Shown here one piece after another: positions 12,301 to 23,336 of a stretch of DNA of 64,000 nt (the stretch's first letter is position 1; every line of letters starts with the position of its first letter). The notes beneath the pieces are model-generated. The model saw only the letters and a list, made by a program, of their open reading frames with translations, was not told where the DNA came from and did not search any database. This stretch comes from Tubiluchus corallicola. Lineage: Eukaryota; Animalia; Priapulida. Made by a program: the position numbers and the translations under genes. The stretch is taken from contig JAQGDQ010001008.1 of the NCBI GenBank assembly GCA_030141605.1, positions 6,928 to 70,927 of the forward strand, in the 5' to 3' direction.

Positions 12301-15300
12301 AAAGTTCGTAGCAACCAACATTTGTTGTACGGTTACTAAGTGTTTTGTAGAAACGTGACAAAAAACATTGGCTGATTTTAGCAGTGTTTTTCTCAAGATT
12401 ATGTTTTTCACTGCACAACCTGCACCTCAACTTCAACGTGGAATATCTCAGCTTAGAAATAACATAGAGTGATGAACTTGGTATCAAAATGATCCTCATG
12501 AAATGGAGATTCTAGAAAAAGCGTAATTTCTAACTTGTGGAAGTTTTTGTTACTCAAGCACGCAACTATTGTTTTATTTTAATTCATTCAGTATTTTCCG
12601 TTCATTTTATTGTGATTTTCCCTATGGAAAATTCCCTATAGAAAACTTAAACTCTTACTGTGGGCTATTGGCACTATTACAACTGGTGCCTGAAAGAAAA
12701 ATCCTAAACTAAAACAGGTAACCAAGAATCCAGGATTAACTTATACTATATAGCTGCTATGCTGCTGTACTTACGTATAAGTGCTGCTACCTATAGGTTA
12801 AAGTGAGAAACTGGCTGTAAGAACTGCTGTATTGTATAAGTATCTCCAGATTCATTTACGGACGATAACAACGCAGTGATTTTCTTCCAGGCTCTGAGGC
12901 CATCCGATGCCATAGATATTCAATACAAATCGGGCGTGTGCACGTTAGGCATAGCCGAAACTATAGCAGAGGACGACGGCGAATACACGTGTAAAGCAGT
13001 GAGCCGGGAAGGTTATGATTCTACTTCAGCTAGACTGATCGTTAAAGGTACGCTTCCATTAGGGAAGGTTATGATTCTACTTCAGCTAGATTGATCGTTA
13101 AAGGTACGCTTCCAGTAGGGAAGGTTATGATTCTACTTCAGCTAGATTGATCGTTAAAGGTACGCTTCCATTAGACAAGGTTACGATTCTACTTCAGCTA
13201 GATTGATCGTTAAAGGTACGCTTTCATTAGGGAAGGTTATGATTCTACTTCAGCTAGATTGATCGTTAAAGGTACGCTTTCATTAGGGAAGGTTATGATT
13301 CTACTTCAGCTAGACTGATCGTTAAAGGTATGCTTCCATTAGACAAGGTTATGATTCTACTTCAGCTAGATTGATCGTTAAAGGTACGCTTCCATTAGGG
13401 AAGGTTATGATTCTACTTCAGCTAGATTGATCGTTAAAGGTACGCTTCCATTAGGGAAGGTTATGATTCTACTTCAGCTAGATTGATCGTTAAAGGTACG
13501 CTTTCATTAGGGAAGGTTATGATTCTACTTCAGCTAGATTGATCGTTAAAGGTACGCTTCCAGTAGGGAAGGTTATGATTCTACTTCAGCTAGATTGATC
13601 GTTAAAGGTACGCTTTCATTAGGGAAGGTTATGATTCTACTTCAGCTAGATTGATCGTTAAAGGTATGCTTCCAGTAGGGAAGGTTATGATTCTACTTCA
13701 GCTAGATTGATCGTTAAAGGTACGCTTCCAGTAGGGAAGGTTATGATTCTACTTCAGCTAGATTGATCGTTAAAGGTACGCTTCCATTAGGGAAGGTTAT
13801 GATTCTACTTCAGCTAGATTGACCGTTAAAGGTACGCTTCCATTAGGGAAGGTTATGATTCTACTTCAGCTAGATTGACCGTTAAAGGTATGCTTTCATT
13901 AGGGAAGGTTATGATTCTACTTCAGCTAGATTGATCGTTAAAGGTACGCTTCCATTAGGGAAGGTTATCATTCTACTTCAGCTAGATTGATCGTTAAAGG
14001 TACGCTTCCATTAGGGAAGGTTATGATTCTACTTCAGCTAGATTGATCGTTAAAGGTACGCTTCCATTAGGGAAGGTTATGATTCTTCTTCAGCTAGATT
14101 GATCGTTAAAGGTACACTTCCATTAGGGAAGGTTATGATTCTACTTCAGCTAGATTGATCGTTAAAGGTACGCTTCCAGTAGGGAAGGTTATGATTCTAC
14201 TTCAGCTAGATTGACCGTTAAAGGTACGCTTCCATTAGGGAAGGTTATGATTCTACTTCAGCTAGATTGACCGTTAAAGGTATGCTTTCATTAGGGAAGG
14301 TTATGATTCTACTTCAGCTAGATTGATCGTTAAAGGTATGCTTCCATTAGGGAAGGTTATGATTCTACTTCAGCTAGATTGATCGTTAAAGGTATGCTTC
14401 CATTAGGGAAGGTTATGTTTCTACTTCAGCTAGATTGATCGTTAAAGGTACGCTTCCATTAGGGAAGGTTATCATTCTACTTCAGCTAGATTGATCGTTA
14501 AAGGTACGCTTCCATTAGGGAAGGTTATGATTCTACTTCAGCTAGATTGATCGTTAAAGGTACGCTTTCATTAGGGAAGGTTATGATTCTACTTCAGCTA
14601 GATTGATCGTTAAAGGTACACTTCCATTAGGGAAGGTTATGATTCTACTTCAGCTAGATTGATCGTTAAAGGTACGCTTCCAGTAGGGAAGGTTATGATT
14701 CTACTTCAGCTAGATTGATCGTTAAAGGTACGCTTCCAGTAGGGAAGGTTATGATTCTACTTCAGCTAGATTGATCGTTAAAGGTACGCTTCCATTAGGG
14801 AAGGTTATGATTCTACTTCAGCTAGATTGATCGTTAAAGGTACACTTCCATTACGTGCAATTTCATTTAAATTTAAAAATTAGCTAAATACAGTAAACTC
14901 CGCATAACTTGAATCGAAAAAACTTTGAGTTAGACGATGCTGACCATTTTCCAACAGAGAAACTCTAAACCCCTCTTCCAGACGGCAAGCTAAATAGAAG
15001 ACAGAAAGTCAACCCTTCTATACATCAACGACGATATTTGATGACAATTACATAAAGAATGACAAATTATGTAGAGAAACTCTAAACCCCTCCTCCATAC
15101 GGCTGAGCTAAGTAGAAGGCAGAAAGTTAACCCTTCTATACATAAACAAAGATATTTGATGACAATTACATAAAGAATTATAACTTATGTAGTGAAACAT
15201 GATTTTCTTATGTTACAAAAGGACATGTTCACAACACTGTTAAACAATATGACAGTGGAGCTACCAATGTCTTATGTACTGCAGTTGAGTTTGTGCAAAG

Positions 15301-15660
15301 TTCAATTATTTACACTCTCCATCAAATATTCAGTTATCTTCACCTGCAGTCCTGGGAAAAATAACTGGGGGGGGGGGGGGGTGCGACTTGTAAGACATGA
15401 GAATTTTCCAGGAAAACGATACTGTTTTTGAATTGTGCGAAACTTTTTATTTTTCTAGAGTACTGTCTGCTGAAATTCTTTGAGTTACACGGAGTTCACT
15501 GTAATCGCTCGACGTTCATCAGTACTATGATTCCCTCAGTTGCTGTAGGTGACTCGGTGTCTTTAATGCCCTCAAAATAGACATTGTTTGTATACATGTG
15601 TTATCGTCCAATCACGGAAGCTGTAACATTTATACGTTGCCATTTTTCTTTTCAGCTTGA
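369..15660 (+). CDS. unc-22: Twitchin/projectin-like giant muscle protein kinase, 3' part (kinase C-lobe, regulatory tail, three Ig I-set domains). Exons: 369-521, 1793-1916, 2555-2657, 3860-3977, 5693-5865, 6721-6917, 8827-9007, 9185-9364, 11413-11552, 12891-13047, 15656-15660 (A+TGA). 5' part lies upstream of the window.
   Basis: All exons AG/GT flanked with matching phases. Spliced translation: LSGLSPFAGDNDVETLKNVKRCDW...AKDFIKNLLVRERTKRMTVHECLDHPWL (MLCK/titin-type kinase), then WPTPMPAIGRLANYSSLRKHRPQEY...DRREAAPRFVVRP (twitchin autoinhibitory tail), then Ig motifs (WYHEG...EDAGEY; WYKDN...QDAGRY; WFKDG...DDGEYTC). Terminal mini-exon is the least certain. Confidence 0.9.
2268..2495. repeat. 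Interrupted (ATG)n microsatellite; related copy at 3715-3826
   Basis: Direct reading. Confidence 0.9.
2658..2975 (+). repeat. 29-30-bp minisatellite (~11 copies) starting at the donor of exon 2555-2657
   Basis: Unit GAGTGAAACATGGGAAATCTTTTCTATTT. Confidence 0.9.
3125..3392. repeat. (AAT)n and (ATT)n microsatellites in inverted arrangement
   Basis: Direct reading. Confidence 0.85.
4081..4393. mobile_element. Tc1/mariner(pogo)-type MITE; second copy at 47948-48272
   Basis: TIR CAGTCAA(A/C)(A/C)CTCGTTAAACCGGAC, TA target duplication. Confidence 0.8.
4888..5433 (-). mobile_element. 5S rRNA-derived SINE (SINE3-like), copy 1; 5S head 5324-5433 slightly 5'-truncated, ~420-bp body, (CAA)n tail
   Basis: Reverse complement of head is 5S-like (GAAGTTAAGCAAC...CCTGGTTAGTGCTTGGATGGGTAACCGCC...GTGCTGTAGGCTT) with no oligo-T terminator; body shared with copy 2; candidate TSD CATGGTGT (4885-4892, 5448-5455). 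Confidence 0.8.
5870..6208 (+). repeat. 25-bp minisatellite (~13 copies) starting at the donor of exon 5693-5865
   Basis: Unit TAGATCTATGGTTTTCTTCCAATGT. Confidence 0.9.
7107..7514. mobile_element. TA-flanked MITE
   Basis: Imperfect TIR CACTTATATCTCAGTTTGCCGGAC / GTCAGGCAGACCGAGACATGAGTG with TA flanks. Confidence 0.55.
8237..8658. mobile_element. Putative MITE
   Basis: Inverted termini AATGATAAGCCTTTTCACAGTT / AACTGTGAAAAGGCTTATCATT; internal ~50-bp direct duplication; TSD not resolved. Confidence 0.45.
9358..10210 (+). repeat. 45-bp minisatellite (~19 copies) containing exon end + donor
   Basis: Unit CCCGAAC|GTACGTGTGATTAGTAACAATTTTAATGTCGAGGGTAA. Confidence 0.95.
10805..11280. mobile_element. 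Tc1/mariner(Tigger-like) MITE
   Basis: TIR CAGTCAAACCTCGGGTATAAGG / CCTTATATCCGACGTTGACTG, TA flanks. Confidence 0.7.
12180..12520. repeat. Dispersed repeat, inverted copy at ~47390-47690
   Basis: Shared block CTTAGAAATAACATAGAG...GAACTTGGTATCAAAATGATCCTCATGAAATGGAGATT. Confidence 0.6.
13007..14853 (+). repeat. 56-bp minisatellite (~33 copies): 41 nt exon end + GTACGCTTCCATTAG
   Basis: Unit GGAAGGTTATGATTCTACTTCAGCTAGATTGATCGTTAAAG|GTACGCTTCCATTAG. Confidence 0.95.
14891..15501. mobile_element. Tc1/mariner-type MITE; interior homologous to 11690-11945
   Basis: TIR CAGTAAACTCCGCATAACT / AGTTACACGGAGTTCACTG, TA flanks. Confidence 0.65.
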
Positions 15661-16789
15661 GTACGAGCGAATTTCTAATTCAATGTAATTTTTGTTGTCA
15701 AACAACCAGTCACCACTGCAGTACCCGGGAGAGAGAGACAGTCATACGATTGGTGATGTCTCCAACACTAAGCACTACTCACCTGCCACCTGTTAGCAGT
15801 CATTAGAACTACTCGTTAATTTTATGCGTAATCAGTTAGGTTGCTATGTCTTGTTCAAATTACTTTTAGCTTAGAAGATTTCTGATAGCTGGAAACTGTC
15901 AGCTTTCACTCAGTGATGAGCTTATCCTTGTTTTGTGAGACGACTGGATTCTGCCATCAGTAGTCTCACAAAGCAGTGTCTGTCTCACAAAGCAGTGTCT
16001 GTCTCACAAAGCAGTGTCTGTCTCACAAAGCAGTGTCTGTCTCACTTAAATTAGTTTCTATTTTAACTCTAGACTGGTTGACACTAGTAGCAGTAGCATT
16101 CATTCATTTTGATGTATATTACGTTCGTTGCTGTCCGTAGGTAGCCTGAATTTTGATGCGTTCAGACCGACGGCGGCGCCACAATCGCTTTTTGTTTTTT
16201 TTTTGGACTTGTTTCGCCGCCGTCGGTCCGTCCGCTCTCTCCATTATTGTTAATTAGTTTAGTTCAGAGCGGTAGGTTTGATACTAGTAGCTTTGCCTTA
16301 CTGCCGAGCGCGTGAATTCGTTCGGCAGCTTTCCGACCGGTCGAATCGCGATCGGTCGAACTTTTTGTGAGATATTTCAGACGTGTAAAAGCGTTCGTGG
16401 AATGTTACTTGCTGACACTAACACACCGGCCTTTTTTGAGTTGTTTCTAGTCACGTGTTAAATATTTTCATTAACTTCTTAACACTTTTATAAATTTACT
16501 AGTTATTATTTATGATAAAACGAGAATCGCTGCTCCGTCTGCGGGCGAGAATTCTTGATATAATATTGCTGTTTGCAAATTCTGTTATATAAATAAAGGT
16601 TTTGTATGTTTGACTTTTGTTGTTTATAAGGCAAGGAAACGTATAGAGAATCCCACTTTTATCTTTAGTAAACTTTGTTAGCTTAATTTTATGTTGCAGA
16701 AATAATAAAATGGCACTGAAATGTATGTAAGAAAGTCTTGATGTTTGTTTTTCATCTTGTTGATTGGCAATAGAACGACGGGTATTAAG

Positions 16790-17762
16790 TACGTTCATCT
16801 CCAAACCACTGAGACACGTGGTGAACACACACACATCGCTATTCACAGGTGTTACGTTCTAGAATACGTACATTTCCAAACCAGTGAGACACGTGGTGAA
16901 CACACACACATCCGCTATTCACAGGTGTTACGTTCTAGAATACGTACATTTCCAAACCACTGAGACACGTGGTGAACACAACACACATCGTTATTCACAG
17001 GTGTTATGTTCTAGAATACATACATTTCCAAACCAGTGAGACACGTGGTGAACACACACACATCGCTATTCACAGGTGTTACGTTCTAGAATACGTACAT
17101 TTCCAAACCAGTGAGACACGTGGTCAACACACACACATCCGCTATTCACAGGTGTTACGTTCTAGAATACGTACATTTCCAAACCACTGAGACACGTGGT
17201 GAACACAACACACATCGTTATTCACAGGTGTTATGTTCTAGAATACCTACATTTCCAAACCACTGAGACACATGGCGAACACACACACATCGCTATTCAC
17301 AGGTGTTACGTTCTAGAATACGTACATTTCCAAACCAGTGAGACACGTGGTGAACACACACACATCCGCTATTCACAGGTGTTACGTTCTAGAATACGTA
17401 CATTTCCAAACCACTGAGACACGTGGTGAACACAACACACATCGTTATTCACAGGTGTTATGTTCTAGAATACATACATTTCCAAACCACTGAGACACGT
17501 GGCGAACACACACACATCGCTATTCACAGGTGTTACGTTCTAGAATACGTGCAGTTCCAAACCACTGAGACACGTGGCGAACACACACACATCGCTATTC
17601 ACAGGTGTTACGTTCTAGAATACGTGCAGTTCCAAACCACTGAGACACGTGGTGAACACACACACATCGCTATTCACAGGTGTTACGTTCTAGAATACGT
17701 GCAGTTCCAAACCAGTGAGACACGTGGTGAACACACACACACATCGCTATTCACAGGTGTTA
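16790..17762. repeat. 75-76-bp minisatellite (~13 copies) with a 227-bp higher-order trimer
   Basis: Unit ...TTCCAAACCACTGAGACACGTGGTGAACACACACACATCGCTATTCACAGGTGTTACGTTCTAGAATACGTACA; variant pattern recurs at 16969, 17196, 17423. Confidence 0.9.
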
Positions 17763-19364
17763 CATAAGTCATTTATTTCACATTACACATTTACAATAGT
17801 TTCATATACAATATCTAGTGAAAGGGCCTACAATGGATGTAATACAAATAAGAAATACTGCACAGGAAAAGCTTCAAACACTGTTCACTTATATACGAAT
17901 GTAAATGTGTTGCCGTCAATCAAAAAGCAGTTAGATTGTCCCACACAGCAGACACTGAGGCCGTTGCGCCATCTATTGCAAGGTGATGAAATTAAAATGC
18001 AAGAAACCAGAAGTGTTAGACAGTGTGATACCTCATTTTTAATTACCCTATTGCAATCTTAATAATTTTCTTAACATTCTGAACAATTCTGGCTCACGAG
18101 CCAGGGTGCTCCGAATATTCAAATAAGGAGCTGTGGACCAAATCCTTCAGGATAGACCTAGCAAGTCACTGAAGTACTTTTTGCTCAAGTAACTCATGGC
18201 GAACACAACTGACTGGTGGATGTGGAGAAGACATATGAAGACAGAGACGTTATCAAGTGTTCGCCGGCTGACAGATGAAAATCTACCAGGAGGATGGTGA
18301 GAAAGTGAGAAAGGATTCTGAACAAAATAAAAGAAAATATTGAAACGCTTGAATATAAATTTAGGGAGTAAACCCGGCTAATTAAAAATAAGCGTTTTCT
18401 TCTACTAATAATGATTTGTGGGTTGAAAAGAGCATTGCTAACGGTACGCATATTAATTTATTCGTGTGAAATTGCTAATCTTGTTGGATTCACGTAATTT
18501 GAAATGTCGGCCGAAGTTAGATAATTAAGAATATTGCCAGTCGAATGTTCCAGAAGATTTATTGACTCTTTTTTTTCTAGAACATTCTATTAGGTTAGTA
18601 CTAGACTTGTGCTAGCGCAGTCTATCTGTTATGTGGCTACGTAACTATTTTATACCGTCTTCAAGTCACGGTTTATCTAAAAAATCTGGACTTTAAATAT
18701 GACACGAAAAAACCACAACTAACAGCAAAATTATTAAATTCATTTCAATTTATTATAACAATGTCCCGGAGGATGACTTCAAGTTATCCAGGAATATGAA
18801 TTATGAATTTATTCCACAGCAACTCAAACATACATATAAATTGATATAACATTGAAAAAAAACTACTTTCTGTACTTACTGTTACTTACTTGATGCAAAA
18901 ATACCACTAAATTAACAGTCTTAATTTTTGTAAAAACTTATTATGCTTTTATAGAGAATGCGCTTTTCTTCAGCTGATAAACTACGTCATTGGTGGAAAA
19001 ATGAGCTTTCAAAATGGCAGCGCCCGAGTGTCTATGATTGTGACTTTAAAATGATTTTACTAATTACACGAGGTGCTTGTTGCACTTTTATTACAAAATC
19101 CTTCTTTCCTTGAATGGTTTCTGTTAAAGAATTGATATCAAAAGCAGTGAGTGAGATGCAATTAACGTAAAGTCTGTAACAGGTCTACAACACAACGAAA
19201 ATTATCAGTAAAAGTTCGGCTATTAACAGCAGATATGAATCGAAATGAATTTATAAGAATCTTGCGTTTAAATGTAATTTGTTTCATAGAAGGAACTAGC
19301 AATTTTTTCCTTTTTACCTCTTTTTTGTGGTTTGCTAATTCGCTTCCACACCCTCTGTTGGTGA

Positions 19365-20861
19365 TTATACGGGTTGACAGTTACATTTCCGAATTTGGAT
19401 GAAGAGGCGGTAATTGTTCAACCAGTTTATTGAAGGGCACACGAATATCCCTTCGGCAGGTGTTGCTGAATGAAATGTGAAATTTACATTATAGTGGAAG
19501 ACCGTGTATGAATCTTTTAAGAAACTGAATACGTCCTTTTCTGCTTCAGTGTAACTCAAGTTAACAAATGAGAACTTCATTATGTTCGGGAGAGTTTGAT
19601 TCCAGCCTTCGTATTTTATTTTGCGTTTAATACTGTTTTTTCCATCAGTTGCACGTTTCACACCACAGTTTGCACACATTGGCTGACAGTTGTCACAGTC
19701 TCCAACTGATGCTTGCCGTCGCCGTCTGGTAGGTGTTGTAGTTGTTCTATAGCTTTCTATGCAATTTTGTTCGCAGATGGTCTTGCACGTTTCTGGATCC
19801 TTGACAGCAAAACACAGAGCTCTACACTCACTCTGGCACCGAACAACTATTATAGGCAGTGTTGTTGTTGTAGTAATAGTAGTAGTAGTACTAGTAGTAG
19901 TTGTTGTTGTTGTAGTGGTAGTTGTTGCAAACTTCAGCTTACAGAAAGCTACACTATCTTGATGGCATTTCTCTGATGTCTTAGGATCATGATATGCACA
20001 TTCTGAATCACACCCATAATAATGCTTGTGCTTTCTACATTTTTCCTTACATTCAGGGCATTCCTTCTTGCGCTCCAATACGCAAGCACAGAAATCTAGA
20101 CAGCCTTCCGTGCACGAGAGATCATCGCCACACTTACTATCACACTCACAGAGGCACCTACTACGAACTCTACAGGCCATCCAGCACCATTTCCTACAAT
20201 ACTTCTTGTCCTTGGCTGTCTCACAATCCACGTTGCGACAATTGTTCAAACAATTAATAAAATGTTTACAAGATTCGTCTGCAAGATTCCGTCTCTCTCT
20301 ACCAGTTTCTCCGTCACGTCGTTTTACTCTCTTTGCCGTTCTAAACGGGTTAATATTTTGCCATTCAGATGCTGAACTTGTTTGTTGAACAAGACGAGTA
20401 TCTTCCAATACTTTCAGGTAGACTGAGGCAATACGACATCGTGTCGGCTTCTCATTGTCATTGAAAATCTCCAGAAGGCAAAATGGTTTCTTGATTTCGA
20501 TACCACAGTCTTTCAATTCATTCCATCCTACATACCGGGAAGATTCTAAATTGAGATCAGACTGTTCTTCCACAAAGTAGAACTTACCACAGTCTTCCTC
20601 GCAGATTGTTTCTGAACCAACGGGACACGTTTCATGTGAAACACGATCAACGAATCTTCCTCTATCAATTTCAAATTGCATCTGAACTTTGTCAATTGGA
20701 AGGGCAAAAGCACAAACGTTTGGAGAAATTTCACCAGATTGGTCTGCATCGGATGAACTAAACCCGTACGTTTCGATGTAGAACAGAAGAAAGTTCAGCC
20801 ATATTAGAGCCCAAAATTTAGAATCACGTTTAGGGTTGATATAAATTAATAAAACCCTCAT
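19365..20861 (-). CDS. Intronless 498-aa Cys-rich secreted precursor of unknown family (CxxxC-rich domains, Thr-rich linker, polybasic cleavage sites)
   Basis: Long non-repetitive ORF in AT-rich DNA, ATG to TAA; hydrophobic N-terminal segment FWALIWLNFLLFYIETYG; KRVKRR, RERR and RRRR sites; many CxxxC motifs; N-glycosylation sequons NQT/NLS/NFT; ends KCNCQPV. Confidence 0.75.
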   Translation of the reverse strand: MRVLLIYINPKRDSKFWALIWLNFLLFYIETYGFSSSDADQSGEISPNVCAFALPIDKVQMQFEIDRGRFVDRVSHETCPVGSETICEEDCGKFYFVEEQSDLNLESSRYVGWNELKDCGIEIKKPFCLLEIFNDNEKPTRCRIASVYLKVLEDTRLVQQTSSASEWQNINPFRTAKRVKRRDGETGRERRNLADESCKHFINCLNNCRNVDCETAKDKKYCRKWCWMACRVRSRCLCECDSKCGDDLSCTEGCLDFCACVLERKKECPECKEKCRKHKHYYGCDSECAYHDPKTSEKCHQDSVAFCKLKFATTTTTTTTTTTSTTTTITTTTTLPIIVVRCQSECRALCFAVKDPETCKTICEQNCIESYRTTTTPTRRRRQASVGDCDNCQPMCANCGVKRATDGKNSIKRKIKYEGWNQTLPNIMKFSFVNLSYTEAEKDVFSFLKDSYTVFHYNVNFTFHSATPAEGIFVCPSINWLNNYRLFIQIRKCNCQPV

Positions 20862-22689
20862 TGTAGAAATAGCTACTTCATTACAACGTTTAATTGCAGT
20901 AGATTTTCTATTTCACAATCATAATATTTTGATTACTAAGGAGCTTTAGCCTGTGAAGTGCATGTTCTTCGCTATACCAGAATCTTGGTCATTCTAGAAT
21001 TTTCTCACTAAACGTTACAGCTGCATTAGTGAAATTGTTCTCTTAACAATTGAACCGATTTGAAAACAATCGCTAATGTAGTTCCATTTTCATTATTTTT
21101 ATGAACATTCCAACTTTGAATACTAAACCAAACTTGAACTAAAGTTCTAAAGAATAAACAAACCATTGCTGATAGGGTAACTCTTTAAAGTCAAATTTAA
21201 CATAAAAGCGAGTTTTTTCCATTATAATGGTTAATTAAGATTTTTCTATAGCAAAATCCTACTGTTTTTCATTTGTTTTTCATTGAGATATTTATTATTT
21301 ATTCTCCGCTACTTTAACGCTAAATAATTGGAAAGCCTTGCAAGCTAGGGTCACCAAACTCGCAGGGTTGGTAGCCCTAGGCGGTGGACGTACAATTGTA
21401 TAACAATCGCTGACCACTAGTCAAAGGGGAAAGACAGTGGGTGTTGGTCAGTTTTTCCTTCCATAATTCCACTCCTCCTAGGGCTTTCGTTTTTTTCCAA
21501 ACTTTTTTTCACAAGTATTTTGGTACTGTGGGGCAGGTGTGCACCTGGGGTTTTAAAAAGCTGGCAAGCTTTAAACGCCCGAGTGATAAGCCAAAATGTA
21601 TGAACGTGCACTTATATTTATTCTGTTATATCTGTTATATTTATTGTGTTTGATGTTCAATAAACGTGTAGTTTTATAATCAGACTCTTCATAGTTTTGC
21701 CACCCCTAAAACATCAATAATCAGCTTCACACAACCAATACAACGAATTATGTCGTAATTCTCCCCATCTGTGAGCTTACACTTTAGATTTAAATGCCGT
21801 GTGTTTCATTGTTTTTGTACAGTAGTACACCGAACCACGTGACCGAACAGACTGCGTACTGTACCGTACTGTTGCGTACTTTAAGTGTGCTTTTAGAGCA
21901 AGCAGTGACGTCCATTGCCATTGTTCAATGTGTACGTGTGTAGTTGATTTTAGTTTGAATAGTTTGTAATTGCGAAAAGTTTGTTTGTTGCACTTCACCA
22001 GGTATGTAAATTTTAGATGGACAGAAAAAAATATTTATTTTAACTTGCTAAACTTAATATTTAATACTGACTAATTTGTTGATTCCTGAATCAGTTTAAA
22101 CTTTTCCAGCACTGCGTTTCCTTTGTTAAAAAAGCAATAAAATCTTGTGAATGATAAAGAGGCACATCATTTCTAGAAAAAAGAAATTATTCTGAAATTA
22201 TAGGTTGAATTGGTTAGGCCTCACCTAGAATACTGCATGCAGCTTTGGTATCCCAATTATCAAAAAGACCATTATTGCTTATGGAAGGGGTGCAAAGACG
22301 TACTACAAGAATAATATTTGGTTGTAAAAATCTGACATATTTAAAAAGATTGAAGTATTGCAATTTGACAAATTTGTCATAAGAAGACACCTTGAAGATC
22401 TATTGAGGTTTATAAAATATTGTCTAGGAAAGAAAGATTTGCTTGGGAACTTCTTTAACTTGGTTGTTGATTCTAAAACTTGAAGAGAGGTCGCGTTTCG
22501 ACATTCGCAAGTATTGATTTACTGTGGTTTCTCTCATCCATCTCTACATACATGTATGGGCAAATCGATTACAGGGGTTCTTCAACACTGCAGCACCTTT
22601 ATGGTTCTTCAAAATTTACCTCATCAGCTTCCTTCAAAATGCTTTTCCTATAAAACAAACAGTCATTGACATATTTGGATGCTTTCAGC

Positions 22690-23250
22690 AAATTTTCACT
22701 TCAACAGCTTTTAACATCCTCTGTTGAGACTTCACCTAAATTTTCTCTAATCCTTTTATATTTGCTACAAGTAAATAAATGTTCTGTTGTGTCTAATTCA
22801 CTATCGCACACGGGACATATTAAATTTCTTATAAATGAACCCTTAAAATTTGCTTTTACTTTGACCATATTAGGTCTTAAATCCAAAATATTTTTAGCTT
22901 CTGCATGACTGAATTTTGTAAAATAATCCTGTTCCAATTTATTGCTTTCCAAAAATCTTAATTTTGAGCTCTTATTTATATTTTCACTGCATTTGTCTTG
23001 TATCACAGATGTTATTTTAAATTTCATGTATTTTTCCACTGTGATTTCTTTTGATTTTTCACATATTCCTTGTCGATATTAATTCCATAAATGTTTGCCA
23101 TTTTTTCAATTTCACTATACCAATTATCATCATGTCTGTATTTCATTTGCTGTGCTTTAACTTCTACTGACATTATTCCTACATTATTAATATTTGCCAG
23201 GGAGTTAATATAGCTAATTTTTTCTGCTCTTTTCACTTTTCAATTAACGT
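22690..23250 (-). mobile_element. Non-LTR retrotransposon ORF2 C-terminal fragment
   Basis: Frameshifted ORFs 23024-23236 and 22701-23039 ending in the zinc knuckle CPVCDSELDTTEHLFTC typical of LINE ORF2 tails. Confidence 0.55.
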
Positions 23251-23336
23251 CTTATAAGTGTTTCCTCATTTAGCCAATCACCAAGGTATTTATAGCTTTG
23301 TGTTTCTCCAATTTCGCCTTTGCTATTTTTCTTTAA

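Noticed and set aside
13007-14853. CRISPR-like appearance of regular repeats (also 42496-44006, 54301-55410)
   Set aside because: Head-to-tail units with no unique spacers, no cas genes, eukaryotic context.
15656-16050. Selenocysteine read-through of the twitchin TGA via a SECIS
   Set aside because: Read-through adds only a few residues and the hairpins lack a recognisable AUGA/AA/GA SECIS core.
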